Assembly: GCA_964652715.1 (NCBI GenBank)
Contig: CAZZBE010000001.1
Location: forward strand, 1 to 59,753
DNA from: an uncultured Desulfobacteraceae bacterium
GTDB lineage: Bacteria; Desulfobacterota; Desulfobacteria; Desulfobacterales; JAABSP01
Direction: 5' to 3'
Length of the DNA stretch: 59,753 bases
Within the stretch, counting starts at the first letter, position 1. Each line of letters opens with the position of its first letter. The translations under genes and the position numbers were made by a program. The notes under the pieces were generated by a model. The model saw nothing but the letters and a program-made list of their open reading frames with translations. It did not search any database and was not told the DNA's origin. Positions 17,284 through 26,382 of this stretch are shown here, piece by piece.

Positions 17284-17323
17284 TTTCTTGGTTCAGGAAC
17301 GTCTGACTATTGAAAACGCGGCG

Positions 17324-18598
17324 TTAGGCGCCCGTGGCCGCCTTGTGGGTCTTGATCTCGATCTTGTCGGTCAGGCCTTCATAGTACTGCCGAAGGATCT
17401 CGACGACTTCGTCGCGTCCGAAGTGATCGGGGAGTTCCCCGCCTTCGGAGAGGAGCTTTCTCAGCATGGTGCCGGAGAGCAGCACGCGGTCTTCCTTGGA
17501 ATGAGGGCAGGTCCGAAGGGAGGCCATGCCGTCGCACTTGTAGCAGAAGAAGGTCCAGTCGATCGTCAGGGGGGTGCAGAGAAGGGCCTTGCCGGGTTCG
17601 TCCGGGGTCGGGATCTTGTCGAAGATGGTCTGGGCTTCGAACATGCCGTAGAAGTCGCCCACGCCGGCGTGGTCGCGGCCGATGATCATCCGGGAGCAGC
17701 CGTAGTTCTGGCGGAAGGTGGCGTGGAGCAGGGCTTCGCGGGGACCGGCGTACCGCATATCCAGCGGATAGCCGCCCTGGACGACCTTGTCTTCCACGAA
17801 ATAGTTCTTCACCAGGGCGTCGATGCACTTGACGCGCACTTCGGCGGGAATGTCGCCGGGCTTCAGGTTGCCCACCAGGGAGTGGATGTAAACCCCGTCG
17901 CAGACTTCCACGGCGATCTTGGCCAGGTACTCGTGGGACCGGTGCATGGGGTTCCGGAGCTGCAGGGCGGCCACTTCTTTCCAACCGCGTTTCTCGAACT
18001 CTTTCCGGGATTCTTCCGGACGCTGATAGATGCCGGCGTACTTGATGGGGTATTCGCCTTCGCTGAGCACCTTGACGGGCCCGGCGAGGTTGTAATCGTG
18101 CTGATTCATGACCATCTGAACGCCCGGATGATCGTCTTTGGCGATCTTCCAGAATTCCTCCGGCGTCTTGGTCCCTTCGCCCATGTAGACCTTTTCGCAC
18201 TCGAACTTCTTGTTCTCTTCGGTCATCTGGAATTTCTCGGTGACCTTCATGGTGGCCATGATTTCGTTCCGGGCGGTGTCCAGGAGCGCGACCTCTTCGC
18301 CGTCCTTGATGCCCTCGGCGATCTCTTTTTCCACGGAAAGGGTCACCGGGATGGGCCAGAAGGCGCCGTCGGCCAGCAGACAATTGTCGCAGACGCTCTG
18401 CCAGTCGGCCTTGGTCATGAAGCCGGTGAGGGGGCTGAAACCGCCGATGCCCATCATGATCAGGTCGCCCTTTTCACGGGGAGAGATCGGCACTTTCTTG
18501 AGGTTTTCCGCTTTTTTCTTTTCGTCTTCGAGTTCCGCGCCTTCCAGCAGACAACAGGTCAGGCCTTTGCCTCCATGGGGAGGAATTAAGTTCGACAT
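17324..18598 (-). CDS. sat: Sulfate adenylyltransferase (ATP sulfurylase)
   Basis: Start trimmed to ATG 18598 ([10 protein letters not shown]; AGGAGA RBS). Motifs [13 protein letters not shown] and [10 protein letters not shown] are present. The gene is convergent with qmoC. Confidence 0.92.
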   Translation of the reverse strand: MSNLIPPHGGKGLTCCLLEGAELEDEKKKAENLKKVPISPREKGDLIMMGIGGFSPLTGFMTKADWQSVCDNCLLADGAFWPIPVTLSVEKEIAEGIKDGEEVALLDTARNEIMATMKVTEKFQMTEENKKFECEKVYMGEGTKTPEEFWKIAKDDHPGVQMVMNQHDYNLAGPVKVLSEGEYPIKYAGIYQRPEESRKEFEKRGWKEVAALQLRNPMHRSHEYLAKIAVEVCDGVYIHSLVGNLKPGDIPAEVRVKCIDALVKNYFVEDKVVQGGYPLDMRYAGPREALLHATFRQNYGCSRMIIGRDHAGVGDFYGMFEAQTIFDKIPTPDEPGKALLCTPLTIDWTFFCYKCDGMASLRTCPHSKEDRVLLSGTMLRKLLSEGGELPDHFGRDEVVEILRQYYEGLTDKIEIKTHKAATGA

Positions 18599-18720
18599 AG
18601 CCTTTTTTCTCCTTTCGAATGGTTTCTTGATTAACACGAGGTATCCCGTCGATACCATTTAGTCCGAATATAAAGAAGTAGTAACTAATAGGGATTAAGG
18701 GATTTGTCAAGAGCAATTAG

Positions 18721-18748
18721 GGACGCCGGCCGGGTTGGCGTCCTTTTT
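18721..18748 (+). terminator. Orphan terminator-like hairpin with no plus-strand gene upstream
   Basis: ggacgcc-ggccgggtt-ggcgtcc followed by ttttt. It lies about 10 nt outside a minus-strand TTGACA (18710-18705) that is the likely sat -35. Confidence 0.35.
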
Positions 18749-18876
18749 CGGGAGGTCCCATTTATAGACTTTATCTTTTGGAGTGAATTTGGTAAAATTT
18801 TCAATAAATTTTATTGTATTCAGAGGGCAAGTTCACCCGGCGGTCCAACTCATGTCCCCAAATAAGGAGGCGCACC

Positions 18877-19209
18877 ATGTTCAAAGAGATACGAAAAGGA
18901 TTGATGGCCGGCATCGGCGCCGTGCTGTTGACCCGGGAGAAGGTTGAAGAGGCGACCCGGAGGCTGGTGAAAGAGGCCAAATTGTCCGAAGAGGACGCCC
19001 GCCGGCTCACCGAGGAACTGGTGGAGAGCGGGGAAAAACAGTTCGCCAAGCTGGAGCAGGCCCTGAGCGACGCCTTCAAGGGGGGCCTGGACAATATCGG
19101 CGTGGGGCGTCAGGAAGCCATGGAACGGCTCAAGCATAAGGTGGACGCCCTGGAGATCCGGCTTTCCATCCTGGAAAAGGCCCGCGAGAGCCGAGGGGAA
19201 AAGGAATAA
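18877..19209 (+). CDS. Phasin-like coiled-coil protein (COG3937-type), tentative
   Basis: Start trimmed to ATG 18877 (AAGGAGG RBS). 110 aa, helical and charged (MFKEIRKGLMAGIGAVLLTREKVEEATRRLVKEAKLSEEDARRL...). The stop is 3 nt before the ABC1 kinase gene, a recurrent pairing. Confidence 0.5.
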   Translation: MFKEIRKGLMAGIGAVLLTREKVEEATRRLVKEAKLSEEDARRLTEELVESGEKQFAKLEQALSDAFKGGLDNIGVGRQEAMERLKHKVDALEIRLSILEKARESRGEKE

Positions 19210-19212
19210 GCG

Positions 19213-20871
19213 GTGGACATCAAGGCGCTGAGCAATCTGGGGCGGTTCAAGGACATCGTGTTCATCCTGTTGAAATACGGGTTTGAAGATCTGGTCGAAC
19301 GCCTCGATCTGCCGGGCCGGGGCATGACCGGGGCCCGGCAGCGGCAGGTGGCGTCGGGGCTGGGCTCCTACGAACGGCTGCGCATGGCGTTTGAAGAGCT
19401 GGGACCCACCTTTGTCAAGATGGGACAGATCATGAGCCTCCGGCCGGATCTCCTGCCGCCGAACCTCATCGTGGAGCTGGAAAAACTCCAGGACGATGTG
19501 GCGGAGGTCGACTTTTCAGAGGCCCGCAAGGTGATCGACCACAATCTGGGGAAACCCCTGGAGTCGGTCTTTCCGGTCTTCGATCCCGAGCCCATCGCGG
19601 CGGCCTCGTTGTCCCAGGTCTACCGGGCCGCGCTCACGCCCCAGGGGCCGGTGGTGGCCGTCAAGGTGCAGCGACCCAACATCCGCCACACCATGGAGAC
19701 GGATCTCAACATTTTTTCCGCCGTGGCCAAGCGGATCCACCAGCGGTTCGAAGAGATGCGTCTGTACGATTTGCCGGAACTGGTCCGGGTCACCCGGCGG
19801 ACCCTCATGCGGGAGCTGGATTTCAACCGGGAGGCCCGGTATCTGAGGATCGCCAAGTCCAACATGGCCGACCAGCCGGGCATCTACATCCCCGATGTCT
19901 ATCAGGAGTACTGCACCGCCCAGCTGCTGGTCATGGAGCACGTCAAAGGGGATCGTCTGAAAAAGGTCGATCTGTCGGCCCTTGAAGACGCCCATCTTAT
20001 GGCCCGGATCGGTCTCCGGGCCGGCATCAAGCAGATCTTCGGGGACGGGTTTTTCCACGCCGACCCCCATCCCGGCAATCTGATCCTCATGGAAGACCAT
20101 CGCTACTGCCTGGTCGACTGGGGAATGGTGGGCCGGTTGACCGCGGGCGACCGGTACGATCTCGTGGACATGATCCGCGCCCTGGCGGACCGGGACGGTC
20201 AGGCGTTGCTGGAGACCGTGGTGAAAATGTCCGTCCAGAAGGACGACGAGATCAACACCCGGAGCCTGGAACGGGAGCTGCTGGAGATCATCGACCTGTA
20301 CGCGGCCGTCCCCATCAAAGAACTCAACCTCGGCAATCTCCTCCTGGACATTACCGAGACGATGCGCGAACACCGGCTCGGCATCCGGCCGGATATGGCC
20401 ACCATGATCAAAGCCCTGATCACCCTGGAAGGCGTTGCGCGGTCGATCTATCCCGACCTGGACGTCGTCTCCGAGGCGGAGCCCTATGTCCGGCGGATCG
20501 CCGCCCGGCGCCACAGCCCCAAGGTTATCTGGCGGAATCTGACCGCCACGCTTTCCGATCTCTTCACCATGCGCGGCGGCGTGCCCCGGCGTCTGGCCAA
20601 GATCGTCCAGAAACTGGAACACGGGAAGCTCCACATCCGGTTCGAACACGAAAACCTCCAGGGGTTGCAGGACACCTTCGACAACATCGCCAATCGCCTG
20701 ACCTTCGGCATCATCATCGGCGCCCTGATCATCGGATCGTCCATGATCATCACCACCGGCGTCCGGCCCTATCTTTTCGGGTACCCGGCCTTCGGCATCA
20801 TCGGCTATGTCGTGTCGGCGATCCTGGGCCTGTGGCTGGTGTTCAATATCATTCGGTCCCGAAACTATTGA
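19213..20871 (+). CDS. ubiB: ABC1/UbiB-family atypical protein kinase with C-terminal TM helices
   Basis: 552 aa. Motifs AAASLSQVYRA, VAVKVQRP and FFHADPHPGNLIL are present. Two hydrophobic helices at the C-terminus. Confidence 0.85.
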   Translation: MDIKALSNLGRFKDIVFILLKYGFEDLVERLDLPGRGMTGARQRQVASGLGSYERLRMAFEELGPTFVKMGQIMSLRPDLLPPNLIVELEKLQDDVAEVDFSEARKVIDHNLGKPLESVFPVFDPEPIAAASLSQVYRAALTPQGPVVAVKVQRPNIRHTMETDLNIFSAVAKRIHQRFEEMRLYDLPELVRVTRRTLMRELDFNREARYLRIAKSNMADQPGIYIPDVYQEYCTAQLLVMEHVKGDRLKKVDLSALEDAHLMARIGLRAGIKQIFGDGFFHADPHPGNLILMEDHRYCLVDWGMVGRLTAGDRYDLVDMIRALADRDGQALLETVVKMSVQKDDEINTRSLERELLEIIDLYAAVPIKELNLGNLLLDITETMREHRLGIRPDMATMIKALITLEGVARSIYPDLDVVSEAEPYVRRIAARRHSPKVIWRNLTATLSDLFTMRGGVPRRLAKIVQKLEHGKLHIRFEHENLQGLQDTFDNIANRLTFGIIIGALIIGSSMIITTGVRPYLFGYPAFGIIGYVVSAILGLWLVFNIIRSRNY

Positions 20872-20953
20872 GGTGAAGAGGGGGCTTCGCGGGGTAGAAA
20901 TAAGAAAAGAATAATGAACCGAAAACTTGATATTTTACAGACGGAGCGGTCCT

Positions 20954-21961
20954 ATGACAAGCAGCAGGGAATATATTCGGCTATTGCGACGGGTCGCCGG
21001 CATCGTATTTCTGATCTTTTTTCTATCGGGATGCGCCGAAATGATGCAGCAGGGCGGCCCCCAACCGGCGCCGGCGTCCGGACCGGAGGCGATCAGACGG
21101 GACGATCAGTTGAAACGCTACAAGGACAGGGGGAAAGATTATGTCTCCCATAAAGTCCGTCCCGGGGAGACTCTTTCCGGCATCGCCATGTCCTATTACG
21201 ACACCTATTTGACGGATGTGGATTACCATGTGCCGCAACGGGCGTTCATGACGCCGGAGGTTAGCCGGCGATACGATACCGCCGAGGTCAGGCGGATGGG
21301 CAAGGTCTCCGATGTCGTCGCCAGGCTTAATAAACTCGATTCTTCCCGCCTCAAGGTGGGCGGCGAGATCATTTTGCCCCGGATACAGGGGCTGCCGTTT
21401 CGGGCGGGGATGAAGCCGGAGGACCGGAAACCGGACGAAAAAGAGCAGCCCAAAGCGACGGCGGCGCTCCCCGCCCCTGAAAAGCCGGAGCGGAACGACC
21501 CTGAAAACGACTTCCGGAACCTGCTCGACGAGGGGCGGAGATATTTCGAGCAAAACGGATACGCCGCGGCCATCGCTCCCCTGTCCAGGGCCCACCGGTT
21601 GAGGCCCCGGAATTCGACCGTCCGCGACTATCTGTACAGAAGCTATTTCGCCCTGGGGGAGGCGGCGCTGGCGAAAAAGGAATATCTGCGGGCGGCGCAG
21701 GCCTTTGGAGAGGCCCTGAAATACAATGAAGCGTGCAAGGCGTGCCGGGAGAAAAAGGCCGCCAGCGAAGCGCGTTACAAGGATCTTCACTATAAAAACG
21801 GCATCCGGCATTTTGAAAACGAGCAACTGGTGGAAGCCATCGAAGAATGGGAGAAGGTCCGGAAGATCGACCCGGATTACCAGAACGTGCAAAAAAATAT
21901 CAGGTTGGCGCGACGGTTGCTGAAACGGTTGGGAGAGATGGAAAAGGAGAAGAGCCGGTAG
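20954..21961 (+). CDS. LysM-domain / TPR-like lipoprotein
   Basis: ATG 20954 with GGAG 8 nt upstream is preferred over TTG 20927. Lipobox FFLSGC. LysM-like HKVRPGETLSGIAMSYY. TPR-like C-terminal helices. Confidence 0.7.
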   Translation: MTSSREYIRLLRRVAGIVFLIFFLSGCAEMMQQGGPQPAPASGPEAIRRDDQLKRYKDRGKDYVSHKVRPGETLSGIAMSYYDTYLTDVDYHVPQRAFMTPEVSRRYDTAEVRRMGKVSDVVARLNKLDSSRLKVGGEIILPRIQGLPFRAGMKPEDRKPDEKEQPKATAALPAPEKPERNDPENDFRNLLDEGRRYFEQNGYAAAIAPLSRAHRLRPRNSTVRDYLYRSYFALGEAALAKKEYLRAAQAFGEALKYNEACKACREKKAASEARYKDLHYKNGIRHFENEQLVEAIEEWEKVRKIDPDYQNVQKNIRLARRLLKRLGEMEKEKSR

Positions 21962-21962
21962 G

Positions 21963-22751
21963 TCAGATCGCGCCGATCTCCGATCCCTTCACCCAGCCGA
22001 TCTTGCCTTCTGAAAACCAGATCCGGTAAAATTCTTCCTTTTGCCCCTGAATCGCCACTTTGGCGCCGGCATGGAGAACGAACAGTTCGGTGGCGTCCTC
22101 CGACAAACCGGATCGCACCGAGATCGTTTCCGGCAACACAATCCCCTCCCGCAGACAGGCGGCTTCATAATAATTGTAAAGCGCGGTGGCCGTGAAAATG
22201 AGCGCCGCCGCCAACAGGGGATAGGCGACCCCTTTCATCACCCGTTTCCGCCGAAGAAAACGGACCGTCAGGGCGAGCCAGAACAAACCGTTGAAGACCA
22301 GGGCGACGGCCGCCGCCGCCCGGGGGCTCAGGAGGCGCCGCCAGAAGAACAGGATGCGATAGACGGGGGCGGATTCGTCTTCCCGCTCGTCTTTTACAAG
22401 AGAGGTTGCGTAGGCGTGGTTGAAAGCGAGGTCCGGGTCGTCCGGGGCCAGTTTCAACGCCCGCTCGTACCAAAGAATGGCCGGGCCCAGATCGCCGCTT
22501 TTGAGACAGGCGTTTCCCAGATTGTAGTAGAGGTGAGGGTTCCGGACGCCGGAGGCCGCGAGGGTCCTGAACGCGGCGACCGCGGCGCCGTATGCCCCCC
22601 GCCGGTAGGCTTCCACGCCCTCCAGGAACGTCCGGGCCGCCGCGGATCGGTCTTCGGCGGCGTCCGCCGGTCCCGCCAGGGCCAGCAGGCCGAGCATGAC
22701 GGCGGCGCACCCCCAGGCGGCAACGGTTCGTTTGGGCGGCCGGGCGCTCAC
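21963..22751 (-). CDS. batE: BatE-like TPR + SH3b-domain membrane protein
   Basis: 262 aa. Signal/TM segment, TPR repeats (YYNLGNACLKSGDLGPAILWYERALKLAP), internal TM helices and a C-terminal SH3b-like FYRIWFSEGKIGWVKGSEIG. It overlaps batD by 4 nt. Confidence 0.75.
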   Translation of the reverse strand: MSARPPKRTVAAWGCAAVMLGLLALAGPADAAEDRSAAARTFLEGVEAYRRGAYGAAVAAFRTLAASGVRNPHLYYNLGNACLKSGDLGPAILWYERALKLAPDDPDLAFNHAYATSLVKDEREDESAPVYRILFFWRRLLSPRAAAAVALVFNGLFWLALTVRFLRRKRVMKGVAYPLLAAALIFTATALYNYYEAACLREGIVLPETISVRSGLSEDATELFVLHAGAKVAIQGQKEEFYRIWFSEGKIGWVKGSEIGAI

Positions 22752-24556
22752 GATATCCGCCTGACAAGGCGCCGGGTCTCTGACAGCAGCCGCTCCCGAT
22801 CCCGGGGATCCAGGGAAGCGCCGCCGAATTTGGCGGATTCGATCCGCTCCAGAAGCCCCGCGGCCTGCTGGACGACTTCCGGAGGGTATCCCTGTCCGCG
22901 CAGAATCGTTTCGGCTTCGGCGCCGGTGAGGGATTCCCCCAAAGCCCCGGCCCTGGAGAGAATCGCCGACACCACTCCCCTGTAGAGGCAGGAGAGAAAG
23001 ACGTCCTCCCCGGTGCCGGAAGCGCCGGCCTTTTTCAGGGAAACATGGGCCCGACGCGCCATGCGGCCGGCCGGATCATCCCCCTTGCGAAGGGCGAGAA
23101 AGAGTCCGCCCACCCCCGCGAAAAGGGCCGCCGGGACGCCGAGAAGGGCCAGGAACCACTGGATGGAAAGCGGCCGCCGGGTCTCCAGCGCGCTCAGATC
23201 GTCCCGTATGGGCAGGATGTCCCGTCCCGTAAACGCCACTTTCTGCCTGGCGGTCCCGTTTCCGTCGGTGGGGGCCGAAACCACGGTCATCTCTTTTTCC
23301 GCTTCCCCCTTCTCAACGGTCAAAGAGAAAGACGCCGTTTCGCGGTGGACATAGGTCTCCGATCCGGTGTCGAAATAGGTCAGTTTCGCGGGCGGCAGTC
23401 GGTAGACGCCGGGTTCCAGTGGGACCAGGGCCGTCCGGAAGGTCTTTTTCCCGAAGTAGCCGTTGCTGTCCAGGGCGATCTCCTCCTGGGGCGCGTCCGC
23501 ATAAGCCTTGAACCCGTCCGGAACGTCGATGGCCGGGGCTTTGGCGTCCACGATATTGCCGGCGCCCTCGATAACGAGGGTCAGCGTGGCGGATTCTCCC
23601 GTCTTGAGGTTTGTTTTATCGAGGCTCGCCCGGATGTCCATCTTTCCCACCAGCCCGGAAAAGGGGTGGGCGCCCTGAGGGTCCGGCAGGGGAATAACGT
23701 CGATGTCGATGGCTTCCGTCCGCAGGACCCGGGTTTCCACCCGGCCCCCGCCGAAGAGGGAATCGAAATCGAAGGGCGAATTTCCGCCCCGATGATCCCG
23801 ATGGACCACGCCGCATTCCAGAACGGCGGGTTGGATGGTTTTCGGCCCGGCGGTCAGCGGGATCAGCACATAGGAGAGCGTGGTGGTGTGAAATCGTTTT
23901 CCGTCGATCACGGCGATGTCGGAGCGCTCTTCCCCGATCCCTTCGGCCGTGAACCCGGAAAAATCCGGCTTCCGGAACTGGGCTTCGGTGATCCGGAGAG
24001 TCCGGTGGAGACGGAAGGTGTAGACCAGCTGCTCTCCCGCATAGGGACGGTCGTTGGAAACCTCCGCCCTGACGAAGATGTCGCGATCCTCCGCGCTTTT
24101 TTGGGGTCGTTCGGAGACCGCGATGTCGATTTTCCGGGTCCTGTAGTCGCCCTCGGGGGTCCGGACGGTGAGGGGCGGAATCCGAAGGTCGCCGGCTTTC
24201 ACGGGGATGAGGGTGTAGTTGAAGAGGATCTCCCGGGACGCCGTTCCATTGACGACCCGGAGATTGGTGCTCCGGCCCCGGGGGATGACCTTGAAATCCC
24301 GGATCGGGGAGACATCCACGTCTCCGTCCCGGACCCCGGAGGCCGACACCCGGAGCTGGATGGATTCGCCCAGGGCCGCCGTGTTCCGATCCACTGTCGC
24401 CTGAACCGAAGCGGCTTCCGCCGGGGCGGCGAAGGGGCATAAAAGCATCGTCAGGCAGAGGCAGATAGTGGATAGTGGATAGTGGATAGTGATACCACAA
24501 GCCACAAGCCACAAGCCACAAACAAGCCACAAGCCACAAACAAGAGACAAGCTCAC
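22748..24556 (-). CDS. batD: BatD-like (oxygen-tolerance family) membrane protein
   Basis: 602 aa from GTG 24556, which overlaps the upstream stop by 4 nt (GTGA). The alternative ATG is 24448. The body has repeated beta-rich segments and a C-terminal TM + helical domain typical of BatD. The N-terminal 36 aa are encoded by heptamer repeats. Confidence 0.75.
   Translation of the reverse strand: MSLSLVCGLWLVCGLWLVACGITIHYPLSTICLCLTMLLCPFAAPAEAASVQATVDRNTAALGESIQLRVSASGVRDGDVDVSPIRDFKVIPRGRSTNLRVVNGTASREILFNYTLIPVKAGDLRIPPLTVRTPEGDYRTRKIDIAVSERPQKSAEDRDIFVRAEVSNDRPYAGEQLVYTFRLHRTLRITEAQFRKPDFSGFTAEGIGEERSDIAVIDGKRFHTTTLSYVLIPLTAGPKTIQPAVLECGVVHRDHRGGNSPFDFDSLFGGGRVETRVLRTEAIDIDVIPLPDPQGAHPFSGLVGKMDIRASLDKTNLKTGESATLTLVIEGAGNIVDAKAPAIDVPDGFKAYADAPQEEIALDSNGYFGKKTFRTALVPLEPGVYRLPPAKLTYFDTGSETYVHRETASFSLTVEKGEAEKEMTVVSAPTDGNGTARQKVAFTGRDILPIRDDLSALETRRPLSIQWFLALLGVPAALFAGVGGLFLALRKGDDPAGRMARRAHVSLKKAGASGTGEDVFLSCLYRGVVSAILSRAGALGESLTGAEAETILRGQGYPPEVVQQAAGLLERIESAKFGGASLDPRDRERLLSETRRLVRRIS
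24464..24551. repeat. Compound heptanucleotide microsatellite
   Basis: GATAGTG x4 (24464-24491), CCACAAG x3 (24495-24515), then CCACAAACAAG / CCACAAG / CCACAAACAAG / AGACAAG up to 24551. Confidence 0.95.
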
Positions 24557-26382
24557 CAGTCTTTCTCCACCGCCGGACGCCCATAGCGCGGCGCCGGCAT
24601 CAGCGCTTTTCCGGGCTGATCCTTCAGCCGGTTCAGGGCCCGCTTCGCCGCTTCGCGTTCGGCGTCGTCCGGAGGGGCTTCGGCGGCCGCTGTCGAAGGC
24701 GCCGCCTGAGCGCTCTCCTCCGGCGCGTCTTCATCCGCCTGGGGACCGGGCGGTTGCGCGTCGGTCATTTCGTCGCCGTACTCGGGGCCGGGCTTCGGGG
24801 CGTCCGGTCTCTGTTCCGGCCGCGGATCGGATCGCCGGCCGTCCTTGGATGCTTCGGAAGGCGCGTTTTGCTGTTCCGGTTCGTTCCGTTGAGGCGTTTC
24901 ATTTTCCTTTTTTGGGCCATCCCCTTCCTTGCCGGATTGCTGCTGTTGTTGTTCTTGCTGTTCCATCACCTTTCGGACGAACCGGAGATTCTCCTCCGCC
25001 TGTTGATCGTCGGGATCGATCTTCAGGGCGGCCTCGTAGGCCTTGATCGCCGCTTCGTACTCCTTGTTTCTGAAATGAGCGTTGCCTTTGTTGTACCGCG
25101 CTTTTTCTTCCAGTCCGGCCGGGTTCTTTTCCAAAGCCTGTTTGTAATGGGTCAGCGCGGCTTCGTAGTCCCCCAGTTTGTAGTAGGCGTTGCCGATGTT
25201 GTAGAGGATGTCGGGGCGGTCCGGCGCGTCGAGCTGGGCGTCGATGAAGCGTTTGAGGGCGGTTTCGTATTCCCCCCGGTCATAGGCTTCGACGCCCTCC
25301 TGCAACGGTCCGGCGAAGGTTGGAGAAGGGGATAATGTCCCCGCCAGGAGACACAGGATGCACAGGAGGCGCCCCATCGCAACGCCGGGCGTCCGCCGGA
25401 TCGGCCGCAGGAACAGATCGACGACCACGCAGAGAATGGCGAGGGCCAGGAACCATTGATACCGGTCCTCCCATACCTGCTTGCGGCCGCCGGCCAGGGC
25501 GGCCGCTTCCATTTTACCTCTGATCTCCTGGCGGTAGACGACGTCCAGGTCCATATCGCCGGCCACGGACCGGACGTAGGTTCCCCCGGTCAGCAGGGCC
25601 ATCCGCTGCAAGAGGTCTTCATCGAGCCGGGTCATGACGATCTGTCCTTCCCGATCCTTTTTGAACCCGCCGTCCGCGGCGGGCACCGGAACCCCCTCCT
25701 CGCCGCCGACGCCGATGCAAAACAGCGTGATCCCCGCTTCGTCCAGCTTTCGGGCCGCCGCCACCGGATCGCCCCGGCCGGTGTTCTCGCCGTCGGTGAT
25801 CAGAATCACCGCCTTTTCCGCCGCCGATTTGGGGTCGAACCCGTTCCGGGCCACGGTCAGGGCCCCGGTGATGTCGGTCCCGCCCACCGGCAGGTAATCC
25901 GGCGACAGGACTTCGAGGAACAGATGAAACGCCGCGTAGTCGAGGGTAAGAGGACACTGGAGAAAGGCGGTTCCGGAAAAGGCCGCCAGTCCCACCCGGT
26001 CCCCCTGGAGCATGGCGATGAGATCCAGCACCTCCCGTTTGGCCCGGTCGAGCCGGGTGGGTTGAAGGTCCCGGGCCAGCATGGATCGGGAGCAGTCCAG
26101 GGCGATGAGGATGTCCACCCCCCGGCGTTCGATTTCCTGCCAGCGAAAACCGTACCGCGGGCCGGAAAGGGACAGGGAGAGAAACGCCAGCCCGGCGATC
26201 AACAGTCCCCCTTTGACCCACCGCCTTCGGGCGGAGGAGGTCGGCGCGATGACGGCCAGCCCGTTTGGGGAGGCGAACCGGGAGAGGGCTTTCCGCCGCC
26301 GGCGCATGCCGTAGGCGACGATCAGGGCCAATACCGGCGCGGCCCAGATCAGAAAGAGCATTTCGATTCTGGCGAACGTCAT
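24553..26382 (-). CDS. batB: BatB-BatC fusion: VWA domain + TM + TPR domain + acidic/Pro-rich tail
   Basis: 609 aa. MIDAS motif VDILIALDCSRSM. TPR repeats (YNIGNAYYKLGDYEAALTHYKQALEKNP; YNKGNAHFRNKEYEAAIKAYEAALKIDP). Low-complexity Q/E/P C-terminus. Confidence 0.8.
   Translation of the reverse strand: MTFARIEMLFLIWAAPVLALIVAYGMRRRRKALSRFASPNGLAVIAPTSSARRRWVKGGLLIAGLAFLSLSLSGPRYGFRWQEIERRGVDILIALDCSRSMLARDLQPTRLDRAKREVLDLIAMLQGDRVGLAAFSGTAFLQCPLTLDYAAFHLFLEVLSPDYLPVGGTDITGALTVARNGFDPKSAAEKAVILITDGENTGRGDPVAAARKLDEAGITLFCIGVGGEEGVPVPAADGGFKKDREGQIVMTRLDEDLLQRMALLTGGTYVRSVAGDMDLDVVYRQEIRGKMEAAALAGGRKQVWEDRYQWFLALAILCVVVDLFLRPIRRTPGVAMGRLLCILCLLAGTLSPSPTFAGPLQEGVEAYDRGEYETALKRFIDAQLDAPDRPDILYNIGNAYYKLGDYEAALTHYKQALEKNPAGLEEKARYNKGNAHFRNKEYEAAIKAYEAALKIDPDDQQAEENLRFVRKVMEQQEQQQQQSGKEGDGPKKENETPQRNEPEQQNAPSEASKDGRRSDPRPEQRPDAPKPGPEYGDEMTDAQPPGPQADEDAPEESAQAAPSTAAAEAPPDDAEREAAKRALNRLKDQPGKALMPAPRYGRPAVEKDW

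Noticed and set aside
18599-18876. A small RNA gene defined by the orphan terminator-like hairpin at 18721-18748.
   Set aside because: No convincing plus-strand promoter lies upstream of it within the spacer. It may simply insulate the sat promoter. It is kept only as a low-confidence feature.
24464-24551. Possible CRISPR array, given the many short direct repeats.
   Set aside because: The units are only 7-11 nt and directly abutting, with no unique spacers. There are no cas genes in the window. This is a microsatellite, not a CRISPR array.
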